From IMG/VR virus record IMGVR_UViG_3300037833_000027, positions 1-54,818 of that record: a stretch of DNA of 54,818 nt. The stretch is one strand, 5' to 3'. The notes below the pieces were generated by a model. That model did not search any database. It was not told the DNA's origin and was given only the letters and a program-made list of their open reading frames with translations. Source of the stretch: a virus (taxonomy: Duplodnaviria > Caudoviricetes). Shown piece by piece: positions 1-8,796 of this stretch (the first letter of the stretch is position 1; the number at the start of each line of letters is the position of its first letter). The position numbers and the translations under genes were made by a program.

Positions 1-483
1 ATGATTTACACGGGCGCCCGCGTGGGTGCGGTCGCGAAGCTCACCATTCAGAGCTTCTACAACGACGCCGACCAGTGGTTTTTTCGCTTCGATGAGAAGG
101 GCGGCAAGAGCCGCGAGATTCCGTGCCGCCACGACCTGGAGCTCTCCGTCAAGCAGTACAAGCAGGCCGCCGGCATCGCCGGCGAGAAGGTCGGACCGCT
201 CTTTCGCTCGGCCGTGCGTCGCGAGAAGAAGCTCACCGCCCAGGCGATGAGCCCATGGGATATGTGCCGCATGGTGAAGCGGCGGCTCAAAGACGCAGAG
301 CTCCCGCCCCAGATTTCGCCCCACTCCTTCCGCGTCACCCTCGCCACCGACCTGCTCAAGCAAGACGTGCCGCTTGAGCAGGTGCAGTACCTTTTGGGCC
401 ACTCGGACGCCCGCACCACGAAGCTCTACGACCGGCGGAAGCGCCAGGTGACCCGGAACGTCGTCGAGCGGATTTCGGTCTGA
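1..483 (+). CDS. Tyrosine recombinase/integrase, catalytic C-terminal part (probably 5'-truncated)
   Basis: YTGARVG (catalytic R), EKGGK, HSFR, LGHS and TTKLY (catalytic Y) motifs; the N-terminal core-binding domain is absent. Confidence 0.93.
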   Translation: MIYTGARVGAVAKLTIQSFYNDADQWFFRFDEKGGKSREIPCRHDLELSVKQYKQAAGIAGEKVGPLFRSAVRREKKLTAQAMSPWDMCRMVKRRLKDAELPPQISPHSFRVTLATDLLKQDVPLEQVQYLLGHSDARTTKLYDRRKRQVTRNVVERISV

Positions 484-485
484 GG
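324..485 (+). repeat. Direct repeat copy 1 (integrase 3' end); pairs with 1897-2058
   Basis: 162 bp with 17 mismatches by eye, mostly synonymous. Confidence 0.95.
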
Positions 486-489
486 GCAT

Positions 490-534
490 GCAAAAGAGAA
501 CGCCTGGCCGCTTTGGCCAGGCGTTCTCTTTTGC
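490..534. terminator. Bidirectional intrinsic terminator
   Basis: Perfect 20 bp stem gcaaaagagaacgcctggcc/ggccaggcgttctcttttgc with 5 nt loop, between convergent genes. Confidence 0.85.
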
Positions 535-573
535 GGTCCTGCTCATTTAGCGAGGGTACACCCCTCCACCGGA

Positions 574-1767
574 TCACGACAGCAGCAGCTTAAACACCAG
601 CTTGGGATCGACCCCCAGATCCTTGAGCCCCTGTTCCGTCTCGTCGACGATCTTCTTCAACTCCTTCCAGGGGTTGACCGGCGCGAGGTTGTGTCCGGCG
701 AAGATGTCCACCTGGTGCGTGTTCACCAAGACCTCAATGGGCAGCTCCGCCTCGAACGTGTCCGTCCGCGAGTGAGCGGCACCCGGCACATACTCGCCGT
801 TGACCCCGTACTTCGGCGTCGTGACGCTGTACAGGACGTTGCCGGCCTTGTCCCTGAAGACGAACATCGTCTCGCTCTTGAAGCCGGCGAGCGCCTCACG
901 CGACCGGGTGTTGATCCGCGCGAAGATCTTCCCGTTCTTTGTCTTATTCAACAGCACCTGGGAAAGACGCAGGACGTTGAACCAGTGCCCGTCCTCGTTC
1001 GGGTGATCGGTTCGGAGAGCCGGTTCGATTAGCTTCTGGCACAGCGAGTCGTGCACTCGCAGATCGGCTTGGATGCCGATCCAAACCAGTCCGATGCCAA
1101 GGTATCCGCCGGCTTTGATCTGCTGATGACGGGTCTTTGCACAATCGTTCGAGGGAAGTTGTTCGACTTTGGCGGCCATTTCCAAGGCCATCGCTTCGGC
1201 AGACTTGACCTGCTCCGGCGTGGCGTCCTTGGCGATGGATTCCTTGTCCGCCGTGTTCATCAGCGCCAAGGAAAAATGTGCGAAGGTGGCGGCTTGGTTT
1301 TCCGCGTCCAGAGGGGTCCGACTGTCGGTGTACAAGTCCGCAAGGTGCGTGTACGCGGCGGGCGAAGTCAGGAACGCCTCATGGAACTGCTTGACTCGCC
1401 ATCCGTACCGGATTCGGAAGCGACAATTTGGATCGGTGATCTCGTCGAGGTCTTTCACTTGTGAAACGTCGATGAAATCCAGCCCGCAGTTCCCCTCCAC
1501 CCACTCGATAAGCTTGAAAGCGTTGGACGTTCTCTTGTCGTTGCTGGGCCATACCTCGCTGTAGTTATCGAGTGCCAGAGCACCGTCAAGCGACGGCTGA
1601 GCCCCGACAGCTTCACTCTTTCGGATGAACGAGGAGCTGACGCCGACTTTTTTGGCGACAAGCCCTGCGCTCACGCCGGTGTTGCCGCGCCATTTCACTA
1701 GGCGGCAGCATGCCTTGTAATACCGCTCGATCAGGGCCCGATTGAGGAACTTGGCGTACGCACTCAT
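574..1767 (-). CDS. Hypothetical protein (397 aa), possible N-terminal HTH
   Basis: Long ORF; ATG at 1767 preceded by gaaagga RBS; GVSAGLVAKKVGVSSSFIRKSE resembles an HTH. Confidence 0.75.
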   Translation of the reverse strand: MSAYAKFLNRALIERYYKACCRLVKWRGNTGVSAGLVAKKVGVSSSFIRKSEAVGAQPSLDGALALDNYSEVWPSNDKRTSNAFKLIEWVEGNCGLDFIDVSQVKDLDEITDPNCRFRIRYGWRVKQFHEAFLTSPAAYTHLADLYTDSRTPLDAENQAATFAHFSLALMNTADKESIAKDATPEQVKSAEAMALEMAAKVEQLPSNDCAKTRHQQIKAGGYLGIGLVWIGIQADLRVHDSLCQKLIEPALRTDHPNEDGHWFNVLRLSQVLLNKTKNGKIFARINTRSREALAGFKSETMFVFRDKAGNVLYSVTTPKYGVNGEYVPGAAHSRTDTFEAELPIEVLVNTHQVDIFAGHNLAPVNPWKELKKIVDETEQGLKDLGVDPKLVFKLLLS

Positions 1768-1896
1768 GTGATTCCTTTCGTTGGGACGGACCGATGCTAT
1801 GCACGGAAACACAGGACACAGAACATTTGTGTTCGTTGATAAGGCTAAGAGCCACCAGATGAAGGAGATCAGGAATCACCAGACTCTCTGCGCGGG

Positions 1897-2058
1897 CTCC
1901 TTCCGCGTCACCGTCGCCACCGACTTGCTCAAGCAGGACGTGCCGCTAGAGCAGGTGCAGTACCTCCCCGGCCACGCCGATGCCCGCACCACCAAGCTCT
2001 ACGACCGGCGGAAACGCCAGGTAACCCGCAACGTCGTCGAGCGAATTTCCGTCTGAGG
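1897..2058 (+). pseudogene. Orphan 3' fragment of the tyrosine integrase (direct repeat copy 2)
   Basis: Encodes SFRVTVATDLLKQDVPLEQVQYLPGHADARTTKLYDRRKRQVTRNVVERISV, about 90% nt identity to 324-485. Confidence 0.92.
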
Positions 2059-2280
2059 CCGTTGCACACGTGTGCACTCCCAAAGCCCCACATCCCAGCA
2101 GATTAAATCGGTGTGCCGAGGAGTATATAGACTCTACGGCACCGCAAACTGACGTGTAGACGTGATTTCGGAAGCCCCTGGCCTGTAATCAGACCGCTTT
2201 TTTATTCCAGAATCAAAAGCGAGTGCAGACGTGTGCACTTCTAAGTGCTGATTTCACGGGGGCTTGCAAAGCTTCCAACC

Positions 2281-2316
2281 ACAGTATCGTGCAGACCATA
2301 TACAGCACGATACTGT
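2281..2316. repeat. 12 bp perfect inverted repeat with 12 bp spacer (operator or recombination-site-like)
   Basis: acagtatcgtgc-N12-gcacgatactgt. Confidence 0.7.
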
Positions 2317-2349
2317 CGTTGGATTCGTGATTTTGGAATCAAAGAGCCC

Positions 2350-2835
2350 TTAAACCGCTGAATCACGAGGCCTCTGCCGCTCCAGCTCAAGCGGTTCGAC
2401 TTCCCTTTCCCCTACCGCGGTGACCGCCCCCGGGCCGACCCGAGGCCTGTACCCCTCCGGGATCCACCAACCGTGAAGTCCGTAGGCCTCAACGGCCGCA
2501 AATAGGCGTTGGCCAGCGTGAGCGTTGGGCGCTCCGATGGGCGTCAGACCGCGGATGCGGCCAACCTCGGTTAGGAGTTCCGTCGGCAAGTGTCGGCATC
2601 GCATGAACTCGTGGGTCTCGACCATCTCAAATCGCTCGCGGCCGCCCTCGAACTCGTCCGCGACGCTGGTCGCGGTGACGGGCACACAGTTCCACTCGTC
2701 GTTCCGCAGGAACGACACGTACAAGTTCCGCTCCCGCCCTGTCCCCGTCGGCTGGATCCGAAGCTGGTAGACATCTAGCCGCGGAGTCACCATCAGGGGT
2801 CGGTTTAGTTCCATGTCGAGTTGCGTGGTGTCCAT
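2350..2835 (-). CDS. Hypothetical protein, possibly degenerate GNAT fold
   Basis: ATG with gaggag RBS; VETHEFMRCRHLPTELL weakly resembles the acetyl-CoA-binding motif A. Confidence 0.6.
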   Translation of the reverse strand: MDTTQLDMELNRPLMVTPRLDVYQLRIQPTGTGRERNLYVSFLRNDEWNCVPVTATSVADEFEGGRERFEMVETHEFMRCRHLPTELLTEVGRIRGLTPIGAPNAHAGQRLFAAVEAYGLHGWWIPEGYRPRVGPGAVTAVGEREVEPLELERQRPRDSAV

Positions 2836-3600
2836 CGTGTCTCCTCGTGGATAGTCCCCGGGCCTTTATCCCCAACACTCCCCGTTCCCATCCGCAAGAC
2901 CCCTCGGGCCGGGCGGTGGAACGGGCTGTCGGTCGGGGACGGACGGGCCGGCAACTGCTCGTCGGCCCGGGGTACGGTGGAGGACTGGTAGGGGCGGTTA
3001 GAAACGGCCCGGCTGTTGGGGCACCAGGTCAGGCCCGGGGGAGGCTGGAGCCTGGTTTGATCGCCGGGGCGAAGACCGCCCTCTCCCCATCCCGTCGCCC
3101 GGGTGCACTGCACCTGTGCGGGCGCCTCGTCAACTTCGAACGCGAGGGGCGGGTTTGGCTACCCGCCGGGGAGCTTTTACGTCGTGTTGGTTGCCGACCT
3201 TTGCCTGGTCGGGGCCGGGACGAACTTGGCCGGCCTTCTCCACCGTCTTCAGTTGTCGGTCGGAGGCCGCACATCGCGACCTCTCCACCCTCCGACGGCC
3301 GGGTAAAGTCGCTCGGCTAGTGGTGCCCGGTACGGACGGGGTGGACGGCAGTTCGCAGGGGCCCCGTCGCCCTACAGACCCGTCTCCGCTGCACAGGAAG
3401 GTACTTCGGAGGCACGGGAACGGGTCGGATACTACCAGGGTAGCCCGGGCGCGACCTCCGGCTTCCCGATGCGGTCTCCGAACAAACCCGCCGTCGGCCG
3501 CCCGATTCACTGTCGTGCGTTGATGCCTGTCGCTGACCCCGTGTTAGAGAGGCGGTGCCCTCTCATAATGGACCGAGCCTATATCGCTCTGTTCTAATAG
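2836..3600. ncRNA. Candidate large structured RNA or long leader (unverified)
   Basis: About 750 bp with no credible ORF and a run of adjacent 5-8 bp hairpins. Confidence 0.3.
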
Positions 3601-3651
3601 TGTCACCATCGACCGCTGGGGTCGGTTGACAGGCACCCGCACCGGAGACAC

Positions 3652-3885
3652 GTGATGCAGATCCAAGTGACCCAGACCCTGACCCACAGCGACGAGTCAA
3701 GCGGCACCACCATCTTCTCGGACGGCACCCGCGCCTACTGGACTGAGGGCGACTCCCCCGTCGTCTACAGCCCTACTCCTGTGGATTCGCGCCCCTACTC
3801 CGCCCTGCTAAGCAGCGGCGAGATGGGCGACATGCGGGAGATGACCGAACGCGAGGAGCACGAGTGGGAGGCCGCGCGCGAGTAG
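3652..3885 (+). CDS. Small acidic hypothetical protein
   Basis: ORF with ggag RBS and protein-like composition. Confidence 0.6.
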   Translation: MMQIQVTQTLTHSDESSGTTIFSDGTRAYWTEGDSPVVYSPTPVDSRPYSALLSSGEMGDMREMTEREEHEWEAARE

Positions 3886-3896
3886 TAGTGCACCCT

Positions 3897-4598
3897 CTAC
3901 CCTTTGTCGCGTCGGCCGACGTGCCGGTTGACAATTCTCCGAAGTTGATCGATGGACATGGGAGGAACGGTGCGGTGCAGGACGGCGTGGCAGTTCGGGC
4001 ACACCGGTACGAGGTCGCGGACAGGGTCTACCTGGTAGCTGACACGGATCTCCGACAGCGGCTTGATGTGATGCACTTCAATAAGGTGCCAGCCAGCGAT
4101 CCCGTAGACGGTTTCGAGGTCGATGCGGCAGACCGCACACTGCCAGCCGTGGTGCCGGATGCACGCGGCCCGGGCCTCGGGACACCTCTCGTAAACGGTC
4201 ACGGCGACACGGGCGGCAGCCCCCTCTACGTATCCCGCCGTGTCCGGCACCGCTTCCGCTTGCCCCGTTGCCACAGGCGGAACGACGGGCGGTGCCACCG
4301 GAACCGTCGGCGCCGAAGGTCGCACGCGTATGAGCCGGAGTGCGACGTCTGCGGGAGTGATTAGAACATAGCGGTCTTTCGCCACCAGCCGAAAGTACTT
4401 GGGTACACCTTCGCGGGCTGCCCAATCCTTTCCCTCGCAGTGACGGCCGATCTCCGACCGCAACGGCTTAACGGGGTCATCACTATGGGAACTCATCAAG
4501 TTCCCCTGCTCGATCAGCTCCCATATCTCCCGGGCGCTAAGTGGACGCTCGGAGCGGTATAAGACTTGGATCGCGGCCCTCACGTATAATCCGGCCAT
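3897..4598 (-). CDS. HNH endonuclease (McrA-like) with N-terminal winged HTH (HARE-HTH-like)
   Basis: YERCPEAR...CAVC...IEVHHIKPLS...DLVPVCPNCHAVLH; N-terminal AAIQVL..SERPLSAREIWELI. Confidence 0.85.
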   Translation of the reverse strand: MAGLYVRAAIQVLYRSERPLSAREIWELIEQGNLMSSHSDDPVKPLRSEIGRHCEGKDWAAREGVPKYFRLVAKDRYVLITPADVALRLIRVRPSAPTVPVAPPVVPPVATGQAEAVPDTAGYVEGAAARVAVTVYERCPEARAACIRHHGWQCAVCRIDLETVYGIAGWHLIEVHHIKPLSEIRVSYQVDPVRDLVPVCPNCHAVLHRTVPPMSIDQLRRIVNRHVGRRDKG

Positions 4599-4752
4599 TC
4601 CGACCTCCGCGCGTTGCTGCCGACCCCAGTCGTACGACCGCTCACGCAAGCAATTCCTGGCAGGTCGGGATGAGAGTGTCGCGACGTCGGGCTGGAGCAG
4701 TTGATCCCGCGGCACTCCGTTGCGCCGCCGACTGAACCGTCTGCAGCGGAAC

Positions 4753-4953
4753 CTACCAGTCTCGATACGGATGGCACCTGCGGCATGGCTTCATCGGCAC
4801 CCCCGAGACCTTCGCGTCCCCGAGCGACTCGAACGGGCCGTGCCACTGCCCCGTCGGCCGCCCGCTCGTTCGCTTTCCCAGCCCGTCGTTGCAGTCCACG
4901 TACCCAGCCTTGTGCAAGGTCGCTTGGGCTTTGTTGACGTAGATCCAGTACAT
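4753..4953 (-). CDS. Small putative metal-binding protein (W-GPF...PCxxCHP), 66 aa
   Basis: MYWIYVNKAQATLH...WHGPF...PCRRCHP; TGATG coupling to the upstream gene. Confidence 0.65.
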   Translation of the reverse strand: MYWIYVNKAQATLHKAGYVDCNDGLGKRTSGRPTGQWHGPFESLGDAKVSGVPMKPCRRCHPYRDW

Positions 4954-5195
4954 CACCCCTCCAGATCGATGCCACACTGAAGGGCGAGCTGGCACACCGC
5001 CTGATACCGGGTGTCCTCGTCCGCCCCGTCGATCCGCACCATCTGCCGGAACCGGCGGGGCGTCGGCGGAGCTTCCGGGTCGATGCTGACCGTTGGTTCT
5101 GCCACGAGGGCCATGGTGCCCGCCGCCTCGTTCACGGTGGCGGTCGTGTAGCCCAAGGACTCGATCTGTTTCAGGATAATCTCGGTGATGGGCAT
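4953..5195 (-). CDS. Hypothetical protein (80 aa)
   Basis: ORF in a tightly packed minus-strand gene run. Confidence 0.65.
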   Translation of the reverse strand: MPITEIILKQIESLGYTTATVNEAAGTMALVAEPTVSIDPEAPPTPRRFRQMVRIDGADEDTRYQAVCQLALQCGIDLEG

Positions 5196-5206
5196 TCAGC
5201 CGTCCG

Positions 5207-5851
5207 CTAAGCAAGTGGATGGCACAAGTTGCACGGTACAGCTCCGCTCGAATCTGTCCGGATATTCTTAAGTGCAAATGGACCGCGCCACATCTTTGAT
5301 CCGTCACCGTCAAAAGGTGTACAAAGTCGCGACCTGTTAAGACACACTTCGCGGTGGATGGTGGGCCTTTCACTACCCACGCTAATCCAGAACTGACAGA
5401 TGCCTGGGAGGCATAACTCCTCCGCCGATTCGTTCGTCATTCGAAGCAAACTGACTGTGAACTTCAGAAAGTCCCGAATCTGGAAAAACCCCTTCTGAAT
5501 CAATTGAACATGGCCTAACTCAAACAGCTGAAAATCGCGGCTCTCAATCTGGCCGGATAAGATGACGAGAGGAAGAGCATGTGTGTTCATGTCATTCATC
5601 TCATGGTTCAGCTGCCCCTTTTTTAGTTGCTTAACGAATGATCTAGCATCCTTGAAACGTTCATCATCTGGAAGACCAAGATCTGATATCAATAGGTCAT
5701 ATTTCTCCGTTTTCAACTTGTAAAGTCCGGTAGCCATCGTGAGGGCGAATTGCAACTCTAAGTCGGGTGAATACCGTCTAAATGATTTTTCCGACATCTC
5801 ATTGGCCTGTGCCGAATCCTCAATCCAAAGTATCTTATAGCCCTGCTTCAT
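5207..5851 (-). CDS. Response-regulator receiver domain fused to a small CxxC domain
   Basis: ILWIED, YDLLISDLGLP, LVILSG, IQK receiver motifs; C-terminal WRGPF...PCNLCHP. Confidence 0.8.
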   Translation of the reverse strand: MKQGYKILWIEDSAQANEMSEKSFRRYSPDLELQFALTMATGLYKLKTEKYDLLISDLGLPDDERFKDARSFVKQLKKGQLNHEMNDMNTHALPLVILSGQIESRDFQLFELGHVQLIQKGFFQIRDFLKFTVSLLRMTNESAEELCLPGICQFWISVGSERPTIHREVCLNRSRLCTPFDGDGSKMWRGPFALKNIRTDSSGAVPCNLCHPLA

Positions 5852-6440
5852 GCCTTGTCGTCCTTCTAACCACCCGATCCATGCGAAAGTCTCTTAAAGA
5901 GTTTTGGTAGTCGGTCAATCGACGCCTCGCTTCGGACAGCTGCCGCCGTGCAGCTTCAGGCATCTGGGCAGTCCATTCCTTGCCCGCCAATTCGATGGAG
6001 ATGACTTGTTCAACGTCAACGGCAGTGTTTTTGGCAGAATGGAACGTTTTCCTCTCATTCTCCGCGAGTGTGACGTGGTGCTTTTCATAACAGCCCAAAA
6101 AATGATCCCGGGTCTTGAGTGCTCGTTCGATCGCTTCGGGAGCACGAAGGCTGTTGGGGGGGGTGGCGAGCACCAGTTGAATCAGATCCTTGAGCTGTTG
6201 AATAGATTCTGAAGCACTTGCTAGTCCTTGGACGCTTGTGGCCAGCTCCTTGTCCGCCTCTTCGTTCAGCCTTGCCCGCGATGCGAGCTCCTGCCGTAGG
6301 CGCTCTAAATTCTCCTGTGCTACCGCGGATTTACGGCTCGACATTATTGCCGTCAGAAGACTAAGCAGAGACACAATTACTGCGGCTGCGGCTGCTACAA
6401 GGGCAGCATCGACGGACGAGCTAGGTGTTTGACTCAGCAT
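5835..6440 (-). CDS. Hypothetical protein with N-terminal TM helix and coiled coil
   Basis: AALVAAAAAVIVSLLSLLTAIM hydrophobic stretch followed by helical region; overlaps next gene. Confidence 0.7.
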   Translation of the reverse strand: MLSQTPSSSVDAALVAAAAAVIVSLLSLLTAIMSSRKSAVAQENLERLRQELASRARLNEEADKELATSVQGLASASESIQQLKDLIQLVLATPPNSLRAPEAIERALKTRDHFLGCYEKHHVTLAENERKTFHSAKNTAVDVEQVISIELAGKEWTAQMPEAARRQLSEARRRLTDYQNSLRDFRMDRVVRRTTRHEAGL

Positions 6441-6446
6441 TTGTCC

Positions 6447-6907
6447 CTAGAGCGTGTTACGCACTTTCAGTCCAGTTCGCCAGTCCAGCCGGCATGACGA
6501 TCGCGACAGCAGCGAGTTGCATGTTCCAGAGCGTCGACGCGAGCCGCTCGTAGTCCCGGGTCAACCAGCGGAACCGTACCAGCCACGCGAAGCTCCGCTC
6601 GACGACCCACCGCCGCGGGAGCATCGCGAAGCCGTTTCCGCCGGCTTCTCGCCCGTGTACCCCTGGTTGTCGCACGCCGGGTCGACCGACTCGCTGCTGC
6701 GCCTGCTGGTATACGGCGGACCACGGCGGCAGGTCGTTCGGCATCATCCGCCAAGCCTGGCCGCCGCGAACCATGTACCGCATCCCGTCGAACACCTCGC
6801 GGAGGTCGTGCGCCCGCTGCGGCGCGTTCGCGACCATCAGCGTCAGGTGCGGGGCCACGAACTCCCACTCCGCGTCCGTCACGTCGCTCGGGTACGGCTC
6901 CGGCCAT
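6447..6907 (-). pseudogene. IS5-family transposase remnant (frameshifted, internally deleted)
   Basis: [10 protein letters not shown]...LREVFDG...[17 protein letters not shown] joined almost directly to [12 protein letters not shown]...RDYE; DDE core missing; terminal aaagtgcgtaacacgctctag on minus strand. Confidence 0.85.
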
Positions 6908-6911
6908 GCTG

Positions 6912-7286
6912 CTAAACTTGCCGCGCGCGTGCCCCGGCGTCAATCACGGGACGCGTGTGGCGGCCGAGGCAGAGTAGCATGAGCTGGACTGCCGGCAGGC
7001 CGGTCCGCCGTCGGGCGTGGTTGATCCGCCCCACCAGGTTGTCGTCGAGCGGCACGCGGACCAACTTGTTAGCGGGTACCGTGTCCTCCCCCACGAGGCC
7101 GATGCCGCGTAACGCCTCGACCAGCTCCCCGAGCTCCCCGTCGAGCGCGTCGTGCAGAACTTCGTGCAACGTCTTGCCTTCCTCGGCCGCCCGGGCCTTC
7201 ACCCCCTGCCACAGCGTTGCCGGCATCCGGACCGTCCGGTGGAACTGCGGGAGGTCGTCCTCACCATCGTCGTCGGGGAGGGTCAC
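6912..7286 (-). CDS. Ribbon-helix-helix-like DNA-binding protein
   Basis: [32 protein letters not shown] plus a second RHH-like unit. Confidence 0.65.
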   Translation of the reverse strand: MTLPDDDGEDDLPQFHRTVRMPATLWQGVKARAAEEGKTLHEVLHDALDGELGELVEALRGIGLVGEDTVPANKLVRVPLDDNLVGRINHARRRTGLPAVQLMLLCLGRHTRPVIDAGARARQV

Positions 7287-7600
7287 CGATCACCTCCCTG
7301 CCGCCCGGCAACGCACTCGGCAACCGGCTTGGGCGTGAAGTGGAGGTCCCGCTCGACCCGCAGACCGCCCGGCCCACGGACCTGCTCCAGCTCGTCCAAG
7401 CTGAAGTACCCCCACTCGGTCTCCAGGCCCTCGACGAGGCCGAAGAACAGCCGGTCGGCCGGGTCGTACTCAGTCGCGCACCACGTCCAGGACGTCCACG
7501 GCGTGAAGAACTTGGCGCGGGCGACGGCCGCGGCGCCGAGCGACTCCTGCGAGTAGAGGGGCGGCAGCGACGCCTCCAGTTCGTCGGTCATCAGCTTCAT
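7283..7600 (-). CDS. DUF2958-family protein
   Basis: LPPLYSQE...KFFTP...WTWCATEYDP...FFGLV...EWGYFSLDELE...VERDLHF. Confidence 0.85.
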   Translation of the reverse strand: MKLMTDELEASLPPLYSQESLGAAAVARAKFFTPWTSWTWCATEYDPADRLFFGLVEGLETEWGYFSLDELEQVRGPGGLRVERDLHFTPKPVAECVAGRQGGDR

Positions 7601-7794
7601 CGCCGGCCCTCCGGGTGGAGCACGCCCTTGGCGGCCTCGTTCACGTCGTCCGTGCACAGCACGAGCTCCGCGACCGGGATCCGCTCCGCCGCCGCCCGGG
7701 CGCGAAGGGCGGTCAGCACGTCCGCCGCCTGCTGGTCGGTCAGCGGGTAGTGGGAGGTCGAGACCAGCTCCTCGATCAGCCGCCCGTCGCTCAT
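7597..7794 (-). CDS. Small hypothetical protein
   Basis: ATGA overlaps on both sides; MSDGRLIEELVSTSHYPL... Confidence 0.55.
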   Translation of the reverse strand: MSDGRLIEELVSTSHYPLTDQQAADVLTALRARAAAERIPVAELVLCTDDVNEAAKGVLHPEGRR

Positions 7795-8768
7795 GACCGC
7801 ACCCCCCTGCCGCCGCCGCGGGCGGCCGGCCGGACGGCGGCGACGACGAACTCGGGCCAGTCGGTCACGTCGACCTCCTCCATCGCCACGGCCTTCCGAG
7901 CGACGACCGCCGGCTTGGCCGGGAACGTGTAGTGGGCCGGGTCGTAGCTGGCCTTCAATCGGTCGTTGTACGTGTTCGCGTACGTGACCGTGCCGGCGAC
8001 CTCGTTGACCGCCATCCAGCAGGCGGCCCGACAGTTCGTGAACTCCGGCATGTCCCGCCGGTACAGCTGCGTCGCCTGGATGGGCGGGCCGGCGTAAGCC
8101 CGGGCCGGCCGTGCCGGCTCGGCCGCCTTCACCCTCTTGACGCTTCGCTTCGCGCGCATGGGGTGCTCCTTCCGAAACGGGGTCGCGGCCGGGTGGCAGG
8201 GAACGCCCCCGCCGCCGACGACGACATCTGTGATGACTCGCTTGTAGGCCACCAGCTGCTCGCCGATCGGCAGGCCGCGGACGGGCAGCCGGACGGCGAC
8301 GCCGTCCGGCAGATACGGGTTGTCGGCCAGCAGCCGCGCGTAGCGGGCACCGGCGTGCAGCTCGATCACCGCGCCCGCCGGCAGGCCGAGGCCGCGGAGC
8401 GTGCGGGCGACGGCGAACGCGAGGCCGTCCCGCTGCTCGCGGCTCAGGTCGGCCAGCTCGACGTCGTACGGCGGGATCGGCTGCTGCGGGTGGACCAGCC
8501 CGTGCTTCGCCGACAGGATCCGCCACGGCCGGCCGCTCGCCTCGGCGTACGCCCGCCGCTTGGCGAACAAGCCGGAGGTGTACAGGTCGGCGGCCGGCAC
8601 GCGGTCGTCGGTCGCCCGCTTCGACTTCGCGCAGCCGACGACGATCAGGTCGGCCTCGTTGCCGGCCGGCGGGAGGAGGTCGCCCTTGCCGTAGCGGGCG
8701 CGGACGCGGTCGAGGTGGCGGCAGATCGGATCGGGCTCGGCGATGGCGGACGGGTAGGTTGCGAGCAT
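7791..8768 (-). CDS. DUF6884-family protein, with possible second gene from internal ATG 8159
   Basis: VVGCAKSK...PAADLYTSGLF...WRILSAKHGLV...IPPYD; aggag RBS at the start and ggaaggag RBS before 8159. Confidence 0.75.
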   Translation of the reverse strand: MLATYPSAIAEPDPICRHLDRVRARYGKGDLLPPAGNEADLIVVGCAKSKRATDDRVPAADLYTSGLFAKRRAYAEASGRPWRILSAKHGLVHPQQPIPPYDVELADLSREQRDGLAFAVARTLRGLGLPAGAVIELHAGARYARLLADNPYLPDGVAVRLPVRGLPIGEQLVAYKRVITDVVVGGGGVPCHPAATPFRKEHPMRAKRSVKRVKAAEPARPARAYAGPPIQATQLYRRDMPEFTNCRAACWMAVNEVAGTVTYANTYNDRLKASYDPAHYTFPAKPAVVARKAVAMEEVDVTDWPEFVVAAVRPAARGGGRGVRS

Positions 8769-8796
8769 CGGTTTCTCCTAGTGGGTCGGTGGGGAA

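Noticed and set aside
324-2058. Repeat pair as DGR template and variable regions
   Set aside because: No reverse transcriptase in the window, and mismatches are mostly synonymous rather than adenine-specific.
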